From Candidatus Latescibacterota bacterium (GTDB taxonomy: Bacteria; Latescibacterota; UBA2968), in the NCBI GenBank assembly GCA_965207885.1, contig OZ242311.1, forward strand, positions 896,001-960,000: a DNA stretch of 64,000 nt, given 5' to 3'. The notes under the pieces were generated by a model. That model did not search any database and had not been told where the DNA came from. It saw only the letters and a program-made list of their open reading frames with translations. This document shows, in pieces, positions 10,584 to 20,230 of this stretch (positions within the stretch are counted from its first letter, which is position 1; each line of letters opens with the position of its first letter). The translations under genes were made by a program, and so were the position numbers.

Positions 10584-11366
10584 TTACAATCTCGATGGCA
10601 AGTTGGGTGGGGGTTCGCCGACTGTGGATTTGCCATTGCGGAGGAAGGGTTCGGCGTTGCCCCAGAGTTTGCTGCCGTCGGAGGATAGGATGGGTTCGCA
10701 GGAGTATTGGCCCAGGTACGCGCGGCGCAGTTTTGGGGTGGTGTTGGTGCTGCTGCTGTGGAAGACGATGCTGGAGAAGGCGACGATGCTGCCTGCGGGT
10801 ACTTCTGCAATGAGGCCGGGGTCACTGCCAAAGTAGCCGACCTTGTCGTTGCTGCCTTCTTCGACGATGTGATGCACCCATGAGCGAATGCCGCTGCGCG
10901 AATAGGGCAGGAGATGGACAGTGCCGTTTTCTTCGTTCATGTCGTCGAGCGCACACCAGCAGGTGAGGTACGGTTTGTGGTCGGGATAACCGACATAGCC
11001 GGAGTCCTGATGCCACGAGAATTTCATGCCGGTTTCTGCGCCTTTGACGACGTATTGTTCCCAGAAGAGGTACGCGTTTTCGCCGAGGGTGGCTCGGCAT
11101 ATTTCGGCCATGAGGTCGCTGAAGAGGAAGGCGCGGAGTTTGGGTTGCTGGCGAAAGCAGTTGGAGACGAAGTAGCGTTTGTTGCGGTGGTTGATGCCGA
11201 TGGTGTCCGTGCCCTGCTCGTCCATGCGCGCGTGCATGGTGTCGATGAAGGTCTGGCATTCGTCGCGCAGGAGTTCGAGGTGGTGATCGGGTATGACGGC
11301 TTCGAGGATGAAATAGCCCTCGTCTCGGTATTGTTGTTTTTGCGCTTCGGTGATGGTGATGGACAT
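10584..11366 (-). CDS. PhyH family Fe(II)/2OG dioxygenase
   Basis: QYRDEGY, WHQDSGY, VFHSS, LRRAYL. Confidence 0.9.
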   Translation of the reverse strand: MSITITEAQKQQYRDEGYFILEAVIPDHHLELLRDECQTFIDTMHARMDEQGTDTIGINHRNKRYFVSNCFRQQPKLRAFLFSDLMAEICRATLGENAYLFWEQYVVKGAETGMKFSWHQDSGYVGYPDHKPYLTCWCALDDMNEENGTVHLLPYSRSGIRSWVHHIVEEGSNDKVGYFGSDPGLIAEVPAGSIVAFSSIVFHSSSTNTTPKLRRAYLGQYSCEPILSSDGSKLWGNAEPFLRNGKSTVGEPPPNLPSRL

Positions 11367-11374
11367 GGCGAATT

Positions 11375-12145
11375 TTATGATAGGACGTCGCGGATACCGG
11401 GCCATTCGCGCCAGATGTTCGTGTAGGCGTCTTTGCCGATTTCGTCGGTGTCTTTGTGCTTGAGGCGGGTGATGGTGGCGAGGCGCACATTGGGCGATGC
11501 GTTGAGACAGGCTCCGTGGACGACCTGATGATGCGCGAGGATGAGGTCGCCAGCGTTGCCGGTGATCATTATGGGGTCTTTGGGCAGGTTGGGCCGGGGC
11601 ATGCCGTTGGCGAGTACTTCGTGGCCGTGTTCTGTGAAGTAGGAGGCAAAGAAGCGATGGGATTGGGGCCAGACGGTGAAGTTGCCGCTGTAGGGTTCGG
11701 GTACATCGACGAGATAGACGACGGCGAAGGCGGTGAATGAGCGTTTGTAATCGCCTTTGGCCGTGCCGTTGGTGCCGCTGCCAATGCCGTCGATGTGGCC
11801 GCGCGGTGGCGATGGTTCTTGTCCGAGGGGGAGGGGAAAGCGCGGATAGGTTTTGGCGCGTTCAACGGGGAGGACATTGCCTTTGCCCATGAGAGATTCG
11901 GCGATTTGCATGACCGGGGTTTTGTTGTACATGTCGAGGATGAAGGGTGCGTCGAGGAGTTCGGCGCAAAAAAATCCCGATCGGTGTCTGGAGAGGTCTT
12001 CGCCGCCAATGCCCACGTTGCCGATGGAGTGGTTGACGGCGCGGAGAGACGTTTCGATCATGTTTTTGGGGACAGCCCCCGGGATTTTGAGGTAGCCCTC
12101 TTCGGCGAATTGGCGTTTTTGTGCGTCAGTAATGGTCATAGACAT
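11375..12145 (-). CDS. PhyH family dioxygenase (paralog of 12264-13034)
   Basis: FAEEGYL, RGHID, GNFTVWPQSH, VVHG. Confidence 0.85.
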   Translation of the reverse strand: MSMTITDAQKRQFAEEGYLKIPGAVPKNMIETSLRAVNHSIGNVGIGGEDLSRHRSGFFCAELLDAPFILDMYNKTPVMQIAESLMGKGNVLPVERAKTYPRFPLPLGQEPSPPRGHIDGIGSGTNGTAKGDYKRSFTAFAVVYLVDVPEPYSGNFTVWPQSHRFFASYFTEHGHEVLANGMPRPNLPKDPIMITGNAGDLILAHHQVVHGACLNASPNVRLATITRLKHKDTDEIGKDAYTNIWREWPGIRDVLS

Positions 12146-12177
12146 GGTAAACCTCTTAGCTAAGGAACATGAAGGGC

Positions 12178-12248
12178 GTCATCGCGGCATGATCCCCTGC
12201 TCAACACCACGCAGGGGCATGGTTGAGCCGCGATCCAGAAGGTTTTTG
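12178..12248 (+). repeat. REP-like palindrome (copy 2) with a ~29-30 nt inverted hairpin inside its loop
   Basis: GTCATCGCGG CATG [ATCCCCTGCTCAACACCACGCAGGGGCATG] GTTGAG CCGCGATCCAGAAGGTTTTTG. Confidence 0.85.
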
Positions 12249-12263
12249 TGTCTTTTTTTGACT

Positions 12264-13034
12264 TTACGCCGCTACTGCTTCGCGCACGCAGGGAAATTCG
12301 CGCCAGATGTCCTGGAAGCCTTCGTTGCCATTTTTGTCGCAGTCGATGTGGCGCAGGCGCGCGATAGCGGCGTAGCGTATGTTGGGCGAGGCATTGGGGC
12401 CACCGGTGTGGATCATCTGATGGTGTGCGATGATGAGGTCGCCGGCGTTGCCGGTGACCATGTCCGGCCCTTCGGGCAGGTCAACGCGCGGGGTGCCGTT
12501 GGAGAGTGTTTCGAGGCCCTCGCGTTTGAGGTAGTTTTCGAAGAAGCGATGAGAGCCTGGCCAGACGGTGAAGTTACCGCTGTAGGGTTCGGGTACGTCG
12601 GCGAGATAGATGACGGCGAAGGCGGTGAATCCGCGGCGGTACACGCCTTTTGGCATGCCGTTTGTGCCGGTGCCCATGCCGTCGAGATGGCCGCGCGGTT
12701 CGGGTGGGACTTCGCCGATTACTGTGGGGAAGCGCGGGGCGACTTGCGCACCTCTGATGGGTTTTTGCAAGTTGCCTTCTCCCATGAGCGATTCGGCGAT
12801 GGAGATGACCGGGCTGGCGTTGAAGAGGTTCATGATAACCGGGGCGCCATTCAAGTCGCGACAGAATTGCGCCGCGCGATGTTTGGACATGTCTTCGCCA
12901 TTTGGCCCCAGGGTGCCGATGGAGTGGTTGACGGCCTGACGCGCGGTATCGACCATGGCTTTTGATATGGCTCCGGGTATTTTGACGTAACCGCGGTCGT
13001 GAAATTCGCGTATTTGTTCGGGTGTGAGTTGCAT
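12264..13034 (-). CDS. PhyH family dioxygenase (paralog of 11375-12145)
   Basis: FHDRGYV, RGHLD, GNFTVWPGSH, MIHT; same length (256 aa) and shared blocks with its neighbour. Confidence 0.85.
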   Translation of the reverse strand: MQLTPEQIREFHDRGYVKIPGAISKAMVDTARQAVNHSIGTLGPNGEDMSKHRAAQFCRDLNGAPVIMNLFNASPVISIAESLMGEGNLQKPIRGAQVAPRFPTVIGEVPPEPRGHLDGMGTGTNGMPKGVYRRGFTAFAVIYLADVPEPYSGNFTVWPGSHRFFENYLKREGLETLSNGTPRVDLPEGPDMVTGNAGDLIIAHHQMIHTGGPNASPNIRYAAIARLRHIDCDKNGNEGFQDIWREFPCVREAVAA

Positions 13035-13141
13035 GATGTGGCTCCTGCAGGTGAACGTGTGTTGTATAATTATTGCTAAATTTAAGAAGAGTAAAATTCA
13101 AAGACAACTGTTATGTGCCGTGTCCACAATGTCGAAAATGT

Positions 13142-13960
13142 TTATGTCGCAGATGCAAGGCGTTTGGTGGCTGTTTCTTTTCTTTCCACGCGTTCGTTCA
13201 TGTGTTGGGAATATTCAGGTGTGCCGCAGAAGTCGTGGATGGTGGCGCGTTTGCGGTAGGGTACGTAATTGCCGAGGTGCCAGGCGCTGGAGCGGTAGAG
13301 GGCGAAGTCGCCCGCGTTGAGGCGCAGTTGAATAGCACCGGGCATGTTGCGCGTGTAGTCGAGGCAGTCGCGTTCTTGTTGTTCGTGGGATACGGGTCTC
13401 TGATTGCGGAATTTGTCGCGGTCATAGGCGTTTTTGGCGGCGATTTCGCCGGGGAGGTTGCGCTGGCGATAGTGGCTGCCGGGTACGATCCAGGTGGAGG
13501 GGTCTTCGTATAGAGCGCAATTGATCTGGTTCTGGTAGTCAATGTGGAATGATTGCCATTGCCATTCTTCGCGGAATTCGGATTCGAATACTTCCCGGGG
13601 CATGTGATCGCGCCAGTCGCGGTGCCAGTCCGTACACCAGGGGTATTCGGCGGGTTCGAGCAGGATGCCGGTGCGGTCGAGGTCGGCGTGGTAGTGATGC
13701 GGGGTGAGGACGCGATGGATGGCGTCGTTGAGTTCTGGCAATTCACCGTAGTTTTTGAAGGGGCGCTGGTCGAGGTCGTATTTGGCGATGGGCTGGAGGC
13801 GCTGCGCCTGGGGACCAGTGACTTCGCGCGCTATTTCCCTGGCTTTGTCAGTGACGCGGCGCAGGTCTGTGAGTAGGGATGTGGGTATGATGTCCTGGAA
13901 AATGGTGTAGCCAAGGGTGTGGTAATCGGCGATGTGTTTTTCTGTGAATTGGAAGGACAT
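13142..13960 (-). CDS. PhyH family dioxygenase
   Basis: YHTLGY, WHRD, IVPGSH, AWHLG; start placed at ATG 13960. Confidence 0.85.
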   Translation of the reverse strand: MSFQFTEKHIADYHTLGYTIFQDIIPTSLLTDLRRVTDKAREIAREVTGPQAQRLQPIAKYDLDQRPFKNYGELPELNDAIHRVLTPHHYHADLDRTGILLEPAEYPWCTDWHRDWRDHMPREVFESEFREEWQWQSFHIDYQNQINCALYEDPSTWIVPGSHYRQRNLPGEIAAKNAYDRDKFRNQRPVSHEQQERDCLDYTRNMPGAIQLRLNAGDFALYRSSAWHLGNYVPYRKRATIHDFCGTPEYSQHMNERVERKETATKRLASAT

Positions 13961-13988
13961 GATAGCACCTGTCTTTTGGTGTGGTGTT

Positions 13989-15428
13989 TTACAATTTCCA
14001 GCGGAGGATGGGTTTTCGCGCGGCGGTTGCTTCGTCCAGTCTTCGCACGGGTGTTGCGTGGGGGGCTTCTCTGAGGAGGTCGGGATTTTCTTCGGCTTCT
14101 TTTGCAATTTGAATCATGGCTTCGATAAAGTCGTTGACCTGTTCGAGGCTTTCGGTTTCGGTCGGTTCGATGAGCATGGTTTCGGGCGCGACATTGGGCA
14201 GGGGAAAGTAGATCGTGGGCGGATGGACGCCGTAATCTATCAGCCGTTTGGCGATGTCGGTTGCGGTGATCCCGTTCGCCTTTTTTTGTCGCGATGCCGA
14301 GAATACCATTTCGTGCATGGGTTGTGCATTTTTGGGGCGGTCGTAGTGGGGGTCGAGTTTTGCCGCGATATAATTGGCATTCAAGACGGCCATTTCACTG
14401 GTGCGGCGCATGCCTTCTGCACCGAGCATTTTGGCATAGACCAGTGCGCGTATTACCATGCCAAAATTGCCGTAGAATGAACTCACTTTGCCGATGGATT
14501 CCGGGCGGTCAAAGTCGAGTTTGAATGTATCCCCTTCTTTCAGGACTACGGGCAGGGGCAAGAATGGCAAGAGTGCCTTTTTTACGCCTACTGGACCAGA
14601 GCCGGGTCCCCCGCCTCCGTGGGGTGTGGTAAATGTTTTGTGCAGGTTGATGTGTACGACGTCAAATCCCATGTCGCCGGGCCGGCATTGACCCAGAAAG
14701 GCATTTAAGTTTGCGCCATCGTAATACAAGAGGCCGCCCACGTCGTGTACTAATGCGGCGATGTCTTCAATTTCGTCTTCAAAGACGCCAAATGTGTTGG
14801 GGTTGGTCAACATCAAACCGGCTACGTCTTCGGTCAAATGCGTCTTGAGGTCTTCCACATCGACTGTGCCGCGTTCTGTTGATTTAATTGCCTGTACTGC
14901 ATATCCGCAGATTGCCGCGGTTGCCGGATTTGTTCCATGGGCCGAGTCGGGGATGAGTACTATTTTTTTTGCGTTGCCCTGTGCCCTGTGATAGGCGGCG
15001 ATCAGTGAGATGCCCACGAATTCGCCCTGCGCTCCGGCTGTGGGTTGAAAGGTGAATCCGTCCATTCCGCTGACGGCTTTGAGCACTTGTTCCATTTCCC
15101 ATAAGACTTGCAGGGCGGGTTGGGCATTTTCCGATAGGGGATGCAGTCCCGCGATCTGTGGGATACGCGCAGCTTTCTCATGTACTCTGGGATTGTATTT
15201 CATCGTGCAGGATCCCAGGGGATAAAAATGCGTGTCGATGCTGAAGTTCATCTGTGAGAGCGCGGTGTAGTGGCGCACGAGTTCCAGTTCGCTCACTTCG
15301 GGGAGGCCGGGTGGGATGTCGCGGCGCATGGTTTCGGGTATCGCTGTTCCGGAATCCACAGCAGCGGGAAATGCGACACAGCGCCTGTCTGGCGCGCCGC
15401 GTTCAAAGATCAATATATCGCGATCCAT
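13989..15428 (-). CDS. gcvPB: Glycine dehydrogenase (decarboxylating) subunit 2
   Basis: YPLGSCTMKYNP, SAHGTNPAT, NLHKTFTTPHGGGGPG, IEPTETE; TAATG overlap with gcvPA. Confidence 0.96.
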   Translation of the reverse strand: MDRDILIFERGAPDRRCVAFPAAVDSGTAIPETMRRDIPPGLPEVSELELVRHYTALSQMNFSIDTHFYPLGSCTMKYNPRVHEKAARIPQIAGLHPLSENAQPALQVLWEMEQVLKAVSGMDGFTFQPTAGAQGEFVGISLIAAYHRAQGNAKKIVLIPDSAHGTNPATAAICGYAVQAIKSTERGTVDVEDLKTHLTEDVAGLMLTNPNTFGVFEDEIEDIAALVHDVGGLLYYDGANLNAFLGQCRPGDMGFDVVHINLHKTFTTPHGGGGPGSGPVGVKKALLPFLPLPVVLKEGDTFKLDFDRPESIGKVSSFYGNFGMVIRALVYAKMLGAEGMRRTSEMAVLNANYIAAKLDPHYDRPKNAQPMHEMVFSASRQKKANGITATDIAKRLIDYGVHPPTIYFPLPNVAPETMLIEPTETESLEQVNDFIEAMIQIAKEAEENPDLLREAPHATPVRRLDEATAARKPILRWKL

Positions 15429-16759
15429 TACAATGTCCTCCACGCATTGATCAGGCGTTCAATGTCGGCGTCTGTGCGTTTTTCTGTGACACATGTGAGA
15501 ATACAATTTTCGAGTTCGGGATAAAATCGGCCCAGATCAATGCCGGCTTCAATGCCCCGATGTTGCAAAGCCGTCAGGACATCGGATGCTTTGCGGTCTG
15601 TTTCCAGAACGAATTCGTTGAATATTGGACCGGAGAATTTCTGGCGCACGCCGTCTAATGCGGTCAATGCCTGCAAAGCGCGATGGCTTTGATGCCAGTT
15701 CAATTCGCCAACTTCGCGAAAGCCCTGCGGTCCGACCGAGGATAGGTACACGGTTGCTGCGGTTGCGCAAAGGGTCTGGTTGGTGCAGATGTTCGATGTG
15801 GCGCGTTCGCGTCGAATGTGTTGTTCGCGCGTTTGCAATGTCAGTACAAAGCCCCGCTTGCCATCTACATCGGTGGTTTGGCCGCAGATACGACCGGGCA
15901 TTTTTCGCACATGGCTCTCCCTCGACGCAAAAAAGCCGACATAAGGTCCGCCGTAAGACAGGGGCAGGCCCAGTGGCTGCCCATCGCCTACGACAATATC
16001 GGCGCCGAAGTCGCCCGGTGGACGAATTGTGCTCAGGGATATGGGGTTGACGCAGGCTATAAAAGCTGTTCTGGTATTGTTGATCAGGTCGCCAATTTCG
16101 GATAGGTGTTCGAGCACGCCCAAAAAATTTGGATTTTGCACGACTACGGCGGCAGTATTGTCGTTCAATTCGCGCTTTAAAGCGGCGATATCCAGTGCGC
16201 CGGAGTCGGACCAGGGAATATCCACGAGTTCGAGATCTATTCCCCGCACATAAGTCGCTACCACCTGGCGGTAAAATGGATGCAGGCTGCGCGGCAATAA
16301 GACGCGCGTGCGGTTGTTCAGACGGACTGACATAAGTACGGCTTCGGCCAGTGCAGAAGCGCCGTCGTACATGGACGCATTGGCGACTTCCATGTTGGTC
16401 AGTTCACAAATCATGGATTGAAATTCAAAAATAGCCCGAAGGGTTCCCTGGCTCACCTCGGGCTGATAGGGCGTGTAGGCTGTAAAAAATTCGCCTCGCG
16501 AAATGATGGCATCGACTACGCTGGGCGAAAAGTGATCGTAAGCACCTCCGCCCAAAAACGATAGGGGTGTCTCGCTTCCGCGGTCGGTTAGCGATTGCGC
16601 AAAAGCCATCGCTTCCATTTCACTGATTCCAGGAGGCAAATTGAGCGCGTTCAGGCGCAGCGATTCGGGAACGGGGGCAAACAGGTCATCTGTGGATGCT
16701 ACTCCGATCACGTTGAGCATGTGCTGAATATCGCGTTCTGTATGTGGCGTGTAGTTCAT
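15428..16759 (-). CDS. gcvPA: Glycine dehydrogenase (decarboxylating) subunit 1
   Basis: FLGGGAYDH, TAYTPYQPEVSQG, NASMYDG, REQHIRRERATSNICTNQ. Confidence 0.96.
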   Translation of the reverse strand: MNYTPHTERDIQHMLNVIGVASTDDLFAPVPESLRLNALNLPPGISEMEAMAFAQSLTDRGSETPLSFLGGGAYDHFSPSVVDAIISRGEFFTAYTPYQPEVSQGTLRAIFEFQSMICELTNMEVANASMYDGASALAEAVLMSVRLNNRTRVLLPRSLHPFYRQVVATYVRGIDLELVDIPWSDSGALDIAALKRELNDNTAAVVVQNPNFLGVLEHLSEIGDLINNTRTAFIACVNPISLSTIRPPGDFGADIVVGDGQPLGLPLSYGGPYVGFFASRESHVRKMPGRICGQTTDVDGKRGFVLTLQTREQHIRRERATSNICTNQTLCATAATVYLSSVGPQGFREVGELNWHQSHRALQALTALDGVRQKFSGPIFNEFVLETDRKASDVLTALQHRGIEAGIDLGRFYPELENCILTCVTEKRTDADIERLINAWRTL

Positions 16760-17358
16760 CGTTCCTCACATTGCAATTTGTTCCAAATAGCCCGCGCGCG
16801 CTGGCGACACACGGCGGGTGTTTTATCATTGACTACGACAAAATCCGCGACTGAGACTTTGTCTTCTTCGGGCAATTGTGCGGATAGTCGCGCCATAACT
16901 TCGGCTCTGGAGATGCCCAATCGCGCCATTGTCCGCTGAATCCGCAATGCTTCGGGGGCTGTTACGACGACGAGTACATCGACGATTTTTTTGGGATCGC
17001 CGCGCTCGACCAGCAGGGCCGCATCCACAACTACGGGGTGTGTGGGTTCTCGATCCAGAGCCGCATGAATTTTGTCCAGCAATAACTGCCGAAGCGGTTG
17101 CCATACGATGGCGTTGAGTTTTTCGCGATTTTTGTCAGACGCAAAGGCTCGCTTGCCCAATTCCCGGCGTGCGATTTGTCCGTCGGCATCCAGAATCTCT
17201 CGTCCGAACACGTCGGTCAGGTTGCGAATCACAATCGGATCGCGGAGTACTTCGTGACCTGTTGAATCGGCGTCGATTACGCGTGCGCCGGCTTTTTCAA
17301 ATACGGCGCATACGGTGCTTTTTCCCGCGCCGATGCCTCCTGTTACGCCTATGATCAC
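16756..17358 (-). CDS. coaE: Dephospho-CoA kinase
   Basis: IIGVTGGIGAGKST P-loop, VIDAD, RRELG; GTG start overlapping the upstream stop (GTGA). Confidence 0.92.
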   Translation of the reverse strand: MIIGVTGGIGAGKSTVCAVFEKAGARVIDADSTGHEVLRDPIVIRNLTDVFGREILDADGQIARRELGKRAFASDKNREKLNAIVWQPLRQLLLDKIHAALDREPTHPVVVDAALLVERGDPKKIVDVLVVVTAPEALRIQRTMARLGISRAEVMARLSAQLPEEDKVSVADFVVVNDKTPAVCRQRARAIWNKLQCEER

Positions 17359-18287
17359 TGCTCGTCCTCTCGGCGATATACGCGCAATTGCAGGGTCAAT
17401 TCTTCGGCTTCGTCTTCGGCTTCCCACCGCCGCAAGGTCGCGCGATTCCGCAGTCTCACGCATATATAGGCGAGTAGCAAGAGCAAGGTGAGATACAGCC
17501 AGATCAAATCGGGCGAAAAAAGCAACGTCATCAGACTGAATCGCGCCTGTACATCATCGCGCCATCGCCGTTCAAATTCGCGGGGTGTTTCGCCGGTTAC
17601 GCGAAATAATGCGACTTCAAAGGGCGCGTCTGCTTCCAGTTCGGAGAGCATGACGACCACGGCATTGGGACCGCCCAAACGGATCAAAAACGAGACTGCC
17701 AGCAAACTTTCCGTGTAGGCCAGATCGGCTTTTGCCGAGGGGAAAGAAAGGACTTCATCAATTTCGGAGAGCGGGATCAAGTTCTCCGAAAAGACCGCGT
17801 AAAACACTGCCGCGCTTTGTCGCAAGCGCCACTCGTGCGACGCCCACATCGCCACGCCTTCGTGAAACCAGACGGGTACACGCGATGGCGCGATGGCGTG
17901 CAAAAATATATGGGCAAATTCGTGTCGCGCAACCTGTAGTAAGTTGTCGGCGCTGGCTTGTAGAACAATGGTGCGCGATTCGAGAAATGCAACCCCCGCG
18001 CTCCAATGCGGCAAGCGCCCGTGTGTCAATTCTCGAAAAATAGCTTCGTTCGGCGCGAGATAAACCGCTATGGGAATTTCGGGGGCGCCGCCCAGTTTGC
18101 GCCGGATTTCATTGCGTCCAATAAGGAGTGCGTTCAAGAATGTCTGTGCCCGAACCGCATCGTTATGCGCGAGGTATAAGGCGAGGCCATCGCGTTCAAA
18201 TTTGTGCCATTCTGTCGCGTTTGCTGCGGAAAAGGAGAAGAGGAGGAGAAAGCAGAGATACGAGATTTGGGTTGAACGGGCAGACAT
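17355..18287 (-). CDS. Peptidase MA-like zinc metalloprotease with C-terminal TM helix
   Basis: Signal peptide; HEFAH (HExxH) plus PVWFHEGVA; C-terminal hydrophobic segment. Confidence 0.82.
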   Translation of the reverse strand: MSARSTQISYLCFLLLFSFSAANATEWHKFERDGLALYLAHNDAVRAQTFLNALLIGRNEIRRKLGGAPEIPIAVYLAPNEAIFRELTHGRLPHWSAGVAFLESRTIVLQASADNLLQVARHEFAHIFLHAIAPSRVPVWFHEGVAMWASHEWRLRQSAAVFYAVFSENLIPLSEIDEVLSFPSAKADLAYTESLLAVSFLIRLGGPNAVVVMLSELEADAPFEVALFRVTGETPREFERRWRDDVQARFSLMTLLFSPDLIWLYLTLLLLLAYICVRLRNRATLRRWEAEDEAEELTLQLRVYRREDEQ

Positions 18288-18347
18288 GGGGTTGCCTCTG
18301 CGTTGAGGCGTAGCCTACACTCAAATTCAGGGCGATGGGGTACAGAC

Positions 18348-18373
18348 GGGACGGCCCATGGGCCGTCCCTTAC
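18348..18373 (-). repeat. GTA(A/G)-type REP palindrome
   Basis: Perfect 22-bp palindrome GGGACGGCCCATGGGCCGTCCC with GTAA head on the minus strand; related to 33792-33842. Confidence 0.75.
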
Positions 18374-18381
18374 AACCATTT

Positions 18382-19242
18382 TTACCGTGGACGCTTTTTA
18401 GTCAGGTACTTGAAGAAGTCGCTGGTGGGAGGCATCACGACGGTTGTTCCTTCGCCCAGGGTTTTTTCATAGGCTTCGAGGGTGCGCCAGAATTGAAAAA
18501 AGCGAGGGTCTTGTTCAAAGGCATCGGCATAGATACGCAATGCTTCGGCATCGCCTTCACCGCGAATTAGCTGCGATTTTTGCAGGGCTTCGGATTTGAG
18601 TCGCGCAACTTCAAGGTCGGTTTCCGCGCGGATTTTCAGAGCCGCTTCTTCGCCCTCGGCGCGGTATTCTTTGGCTTGCCGATCGCGCTCGGCACGCATG
18701 CGTTCAAATACGTTGTTTTTGTTTTCCCGCGGCAGGTCTGCGCGTTTAATCCGCACATCAAGGATATCAATGCCCAGTCCAAGTGCTGCCTCGTGGGAGC
18801 GCTCTGTCACTTTTTTCATGATTTCCTCGCGGTGCGTAACTACGATCTCGACCAGCGTGCGTTGTCCGAGTTCTTCGCGCACCGCTGAAAAAATGATGTC
18901 GTCCAGGCGCGATTGTGCATAAGAGACATTTTGCACAGATACCAGAAACTTGAGTGGATCTGTGATGCGCCAGCGGGCAAAATTATCGACGATGAGGTTT
19001 TTCTTGTCCTGCGTGTAAATTTGTCTGGGGTCGGCATCGCTGTACAGCAGGCGATCTTCGAAGGTGTGCAATTGCTGGATAAATGGGATCTTAAAATGCA
19101 GACCAGGGGACTGTACGGTGCGTACGGGTTGCCCAAATTCTGTGACGACGACCTGTTCGCGTTCATCCACGATATAACACGATGCATTCAGTAAAATACT
19201 CCCTGCGATCAAAATGACCACCAGGGTTACGAGGTTGCGCAT
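18382..19242 (-). CDS. hflC: Protease modulator HflC
   Basis: SPFH domain; PGLHFKIPFIQ, DVRIKRADLP, RMRAER, FFQFWRTLEAY. Confidence 0.95.
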   Translation of the reverse strand: MRNLVTLVVILIAGSILLNASCYIVDEREQVVVTEFGQPVRTVQSPGLHFKIPFIQQLHTFEDRLLYSDADPRQIYTQDKKNLIVDNFARWRITDPLKFLVSVQNVSYAQSRLDDIIFSAVREELGQRTLVEIVVTHREEIMKKVTERSHEAALGLGIDILDVRIKRADLPRENKNNVFERMRAERDRQAKEYRAEGEEAALKIRAETDLEVARLKSEALQKSQLIRGEGDAEALRIYADAFEQDPRFFQFWRTLEAYEKTLGEGTTVVMPPTSDFFKYLTKKRPR

Positions 19243-19243
19243 G

Positions 19244-20218
19244 TCAATTTCCTCCTCCTAATGGCTTTTGCAGATTGAGAACGTTGAGGATACCGCCCTT
19301 GCCATCGGATTCGACGACGTATTTTTGTATGCTGGGCAGAATTTTTTCCATTGTTTCGAGGTACATTCGCGTTTCGGTCACGTCTTTTGCATTGCGATAT
19401 TCTTTGAGCACCTCGACGAAGCGGTCTGCATCGCCCTGTGAGCGCTTGACGCGCTCGACTTTATAGGCTTCGGCTTCGCGGATCATTCTTTCGGCTTCAC
19501 CGCGCGTTTTTGGGATGATGTCATTGCGATAGGCTTCGGCTTCGTTGCGGAGACGTTCTTTGTCTTCTCGCGCGTTGGCGACGTCCTTAAATGCGTGATC
19601 GACTTCCTGGGGTACAGATACGGTTTGCAATTTGGCTTGATCGACGCGCACGCCGATTTGGTAGAGGTCCAGGACTTCCTGAACCTGTTCCAGTATCTTT
19701 TCCTGTATTTCTAACTTGCCCTCTGTGAGAGCATCGTCGATGGTGCGCTGCCCAATGACCTGACGCAATGCGGCCTCGGTCACGTCTTTGACGGCTTTTC
19801 GCTGGTCGTTGACCTGGAACAAGTAGTTCTCCAAATCGCGGATGCGATACTGAACGATCAGTTCTACATCGACGATATTTTCATCGCCGGTCAACATCGC
19901 GGATTCGGCTGAGACCTTCTGGTATCTCGGCGTGGGCGTTACGCTGATGGTGCGAAAGCCGACTTCGAGGCGTTTTACCTCTGATACGCGCTCTTTCTCA
20001 ATGCGCTCGATGGGTGTGGGCCAGTGGTAGTGGATGCCAGGATCTTCCAGGCTTACCGCTCGTCCGAATCGAAATACGACTGCTTGCTCGTCTTGCCGCA
20101 CCGTGTAGATGCCGCTGGCCAACCAGAGCACTGCCAGTACAATTAACCCGTAATAGATGAACTTGGGGTTGAATTGCAAGTCGAAATTTGGACGGTTTGG
20201 AAATTGATATTCTTGCAT
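19244..20218 (-). CDS. hflK: Protease modulator HflK
   Basis: SGIYTV, MLTGDENIV, AFKDV, VTETRMYLETME. Confidence 0.95.
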   Translation of the reverse strand: MQEYQFPNRPNFDLQFNPKFIYYGLIVLAVLWLASGIYTVRQDEQAVVFRFGRAVSLEDPGIHYHWPTPIERIEKERVSEVKRLEVGFRTISVTPTPRYQKVSAESAMLTGDENIVDVELIVQYRIRDLENYLFQVNDQRKAVKDVTEAALRQVIGQRTIDDALTEGKLEIQEKILEQVQEVLDLYQIGVRVDQAKLQTVSVPQEVDHAFKDVANAREDKERLRNEAEAYRNDIIPKTRGEAERMIREAEAYKVERVKRSQGDADRFVEVLKEYRNAKDVTETRMYLETMEKILPSIQKYVVESDGKGGILNVLNLQKPLGGGN

Positions 20219-20230
20219 CAGGCCCTCCTT

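Noticed and set aside
13989-16759. gcvPA/PB without gcvT/gcvH
   Set aside because: Split gcv loci are common; cannot be judged from one window
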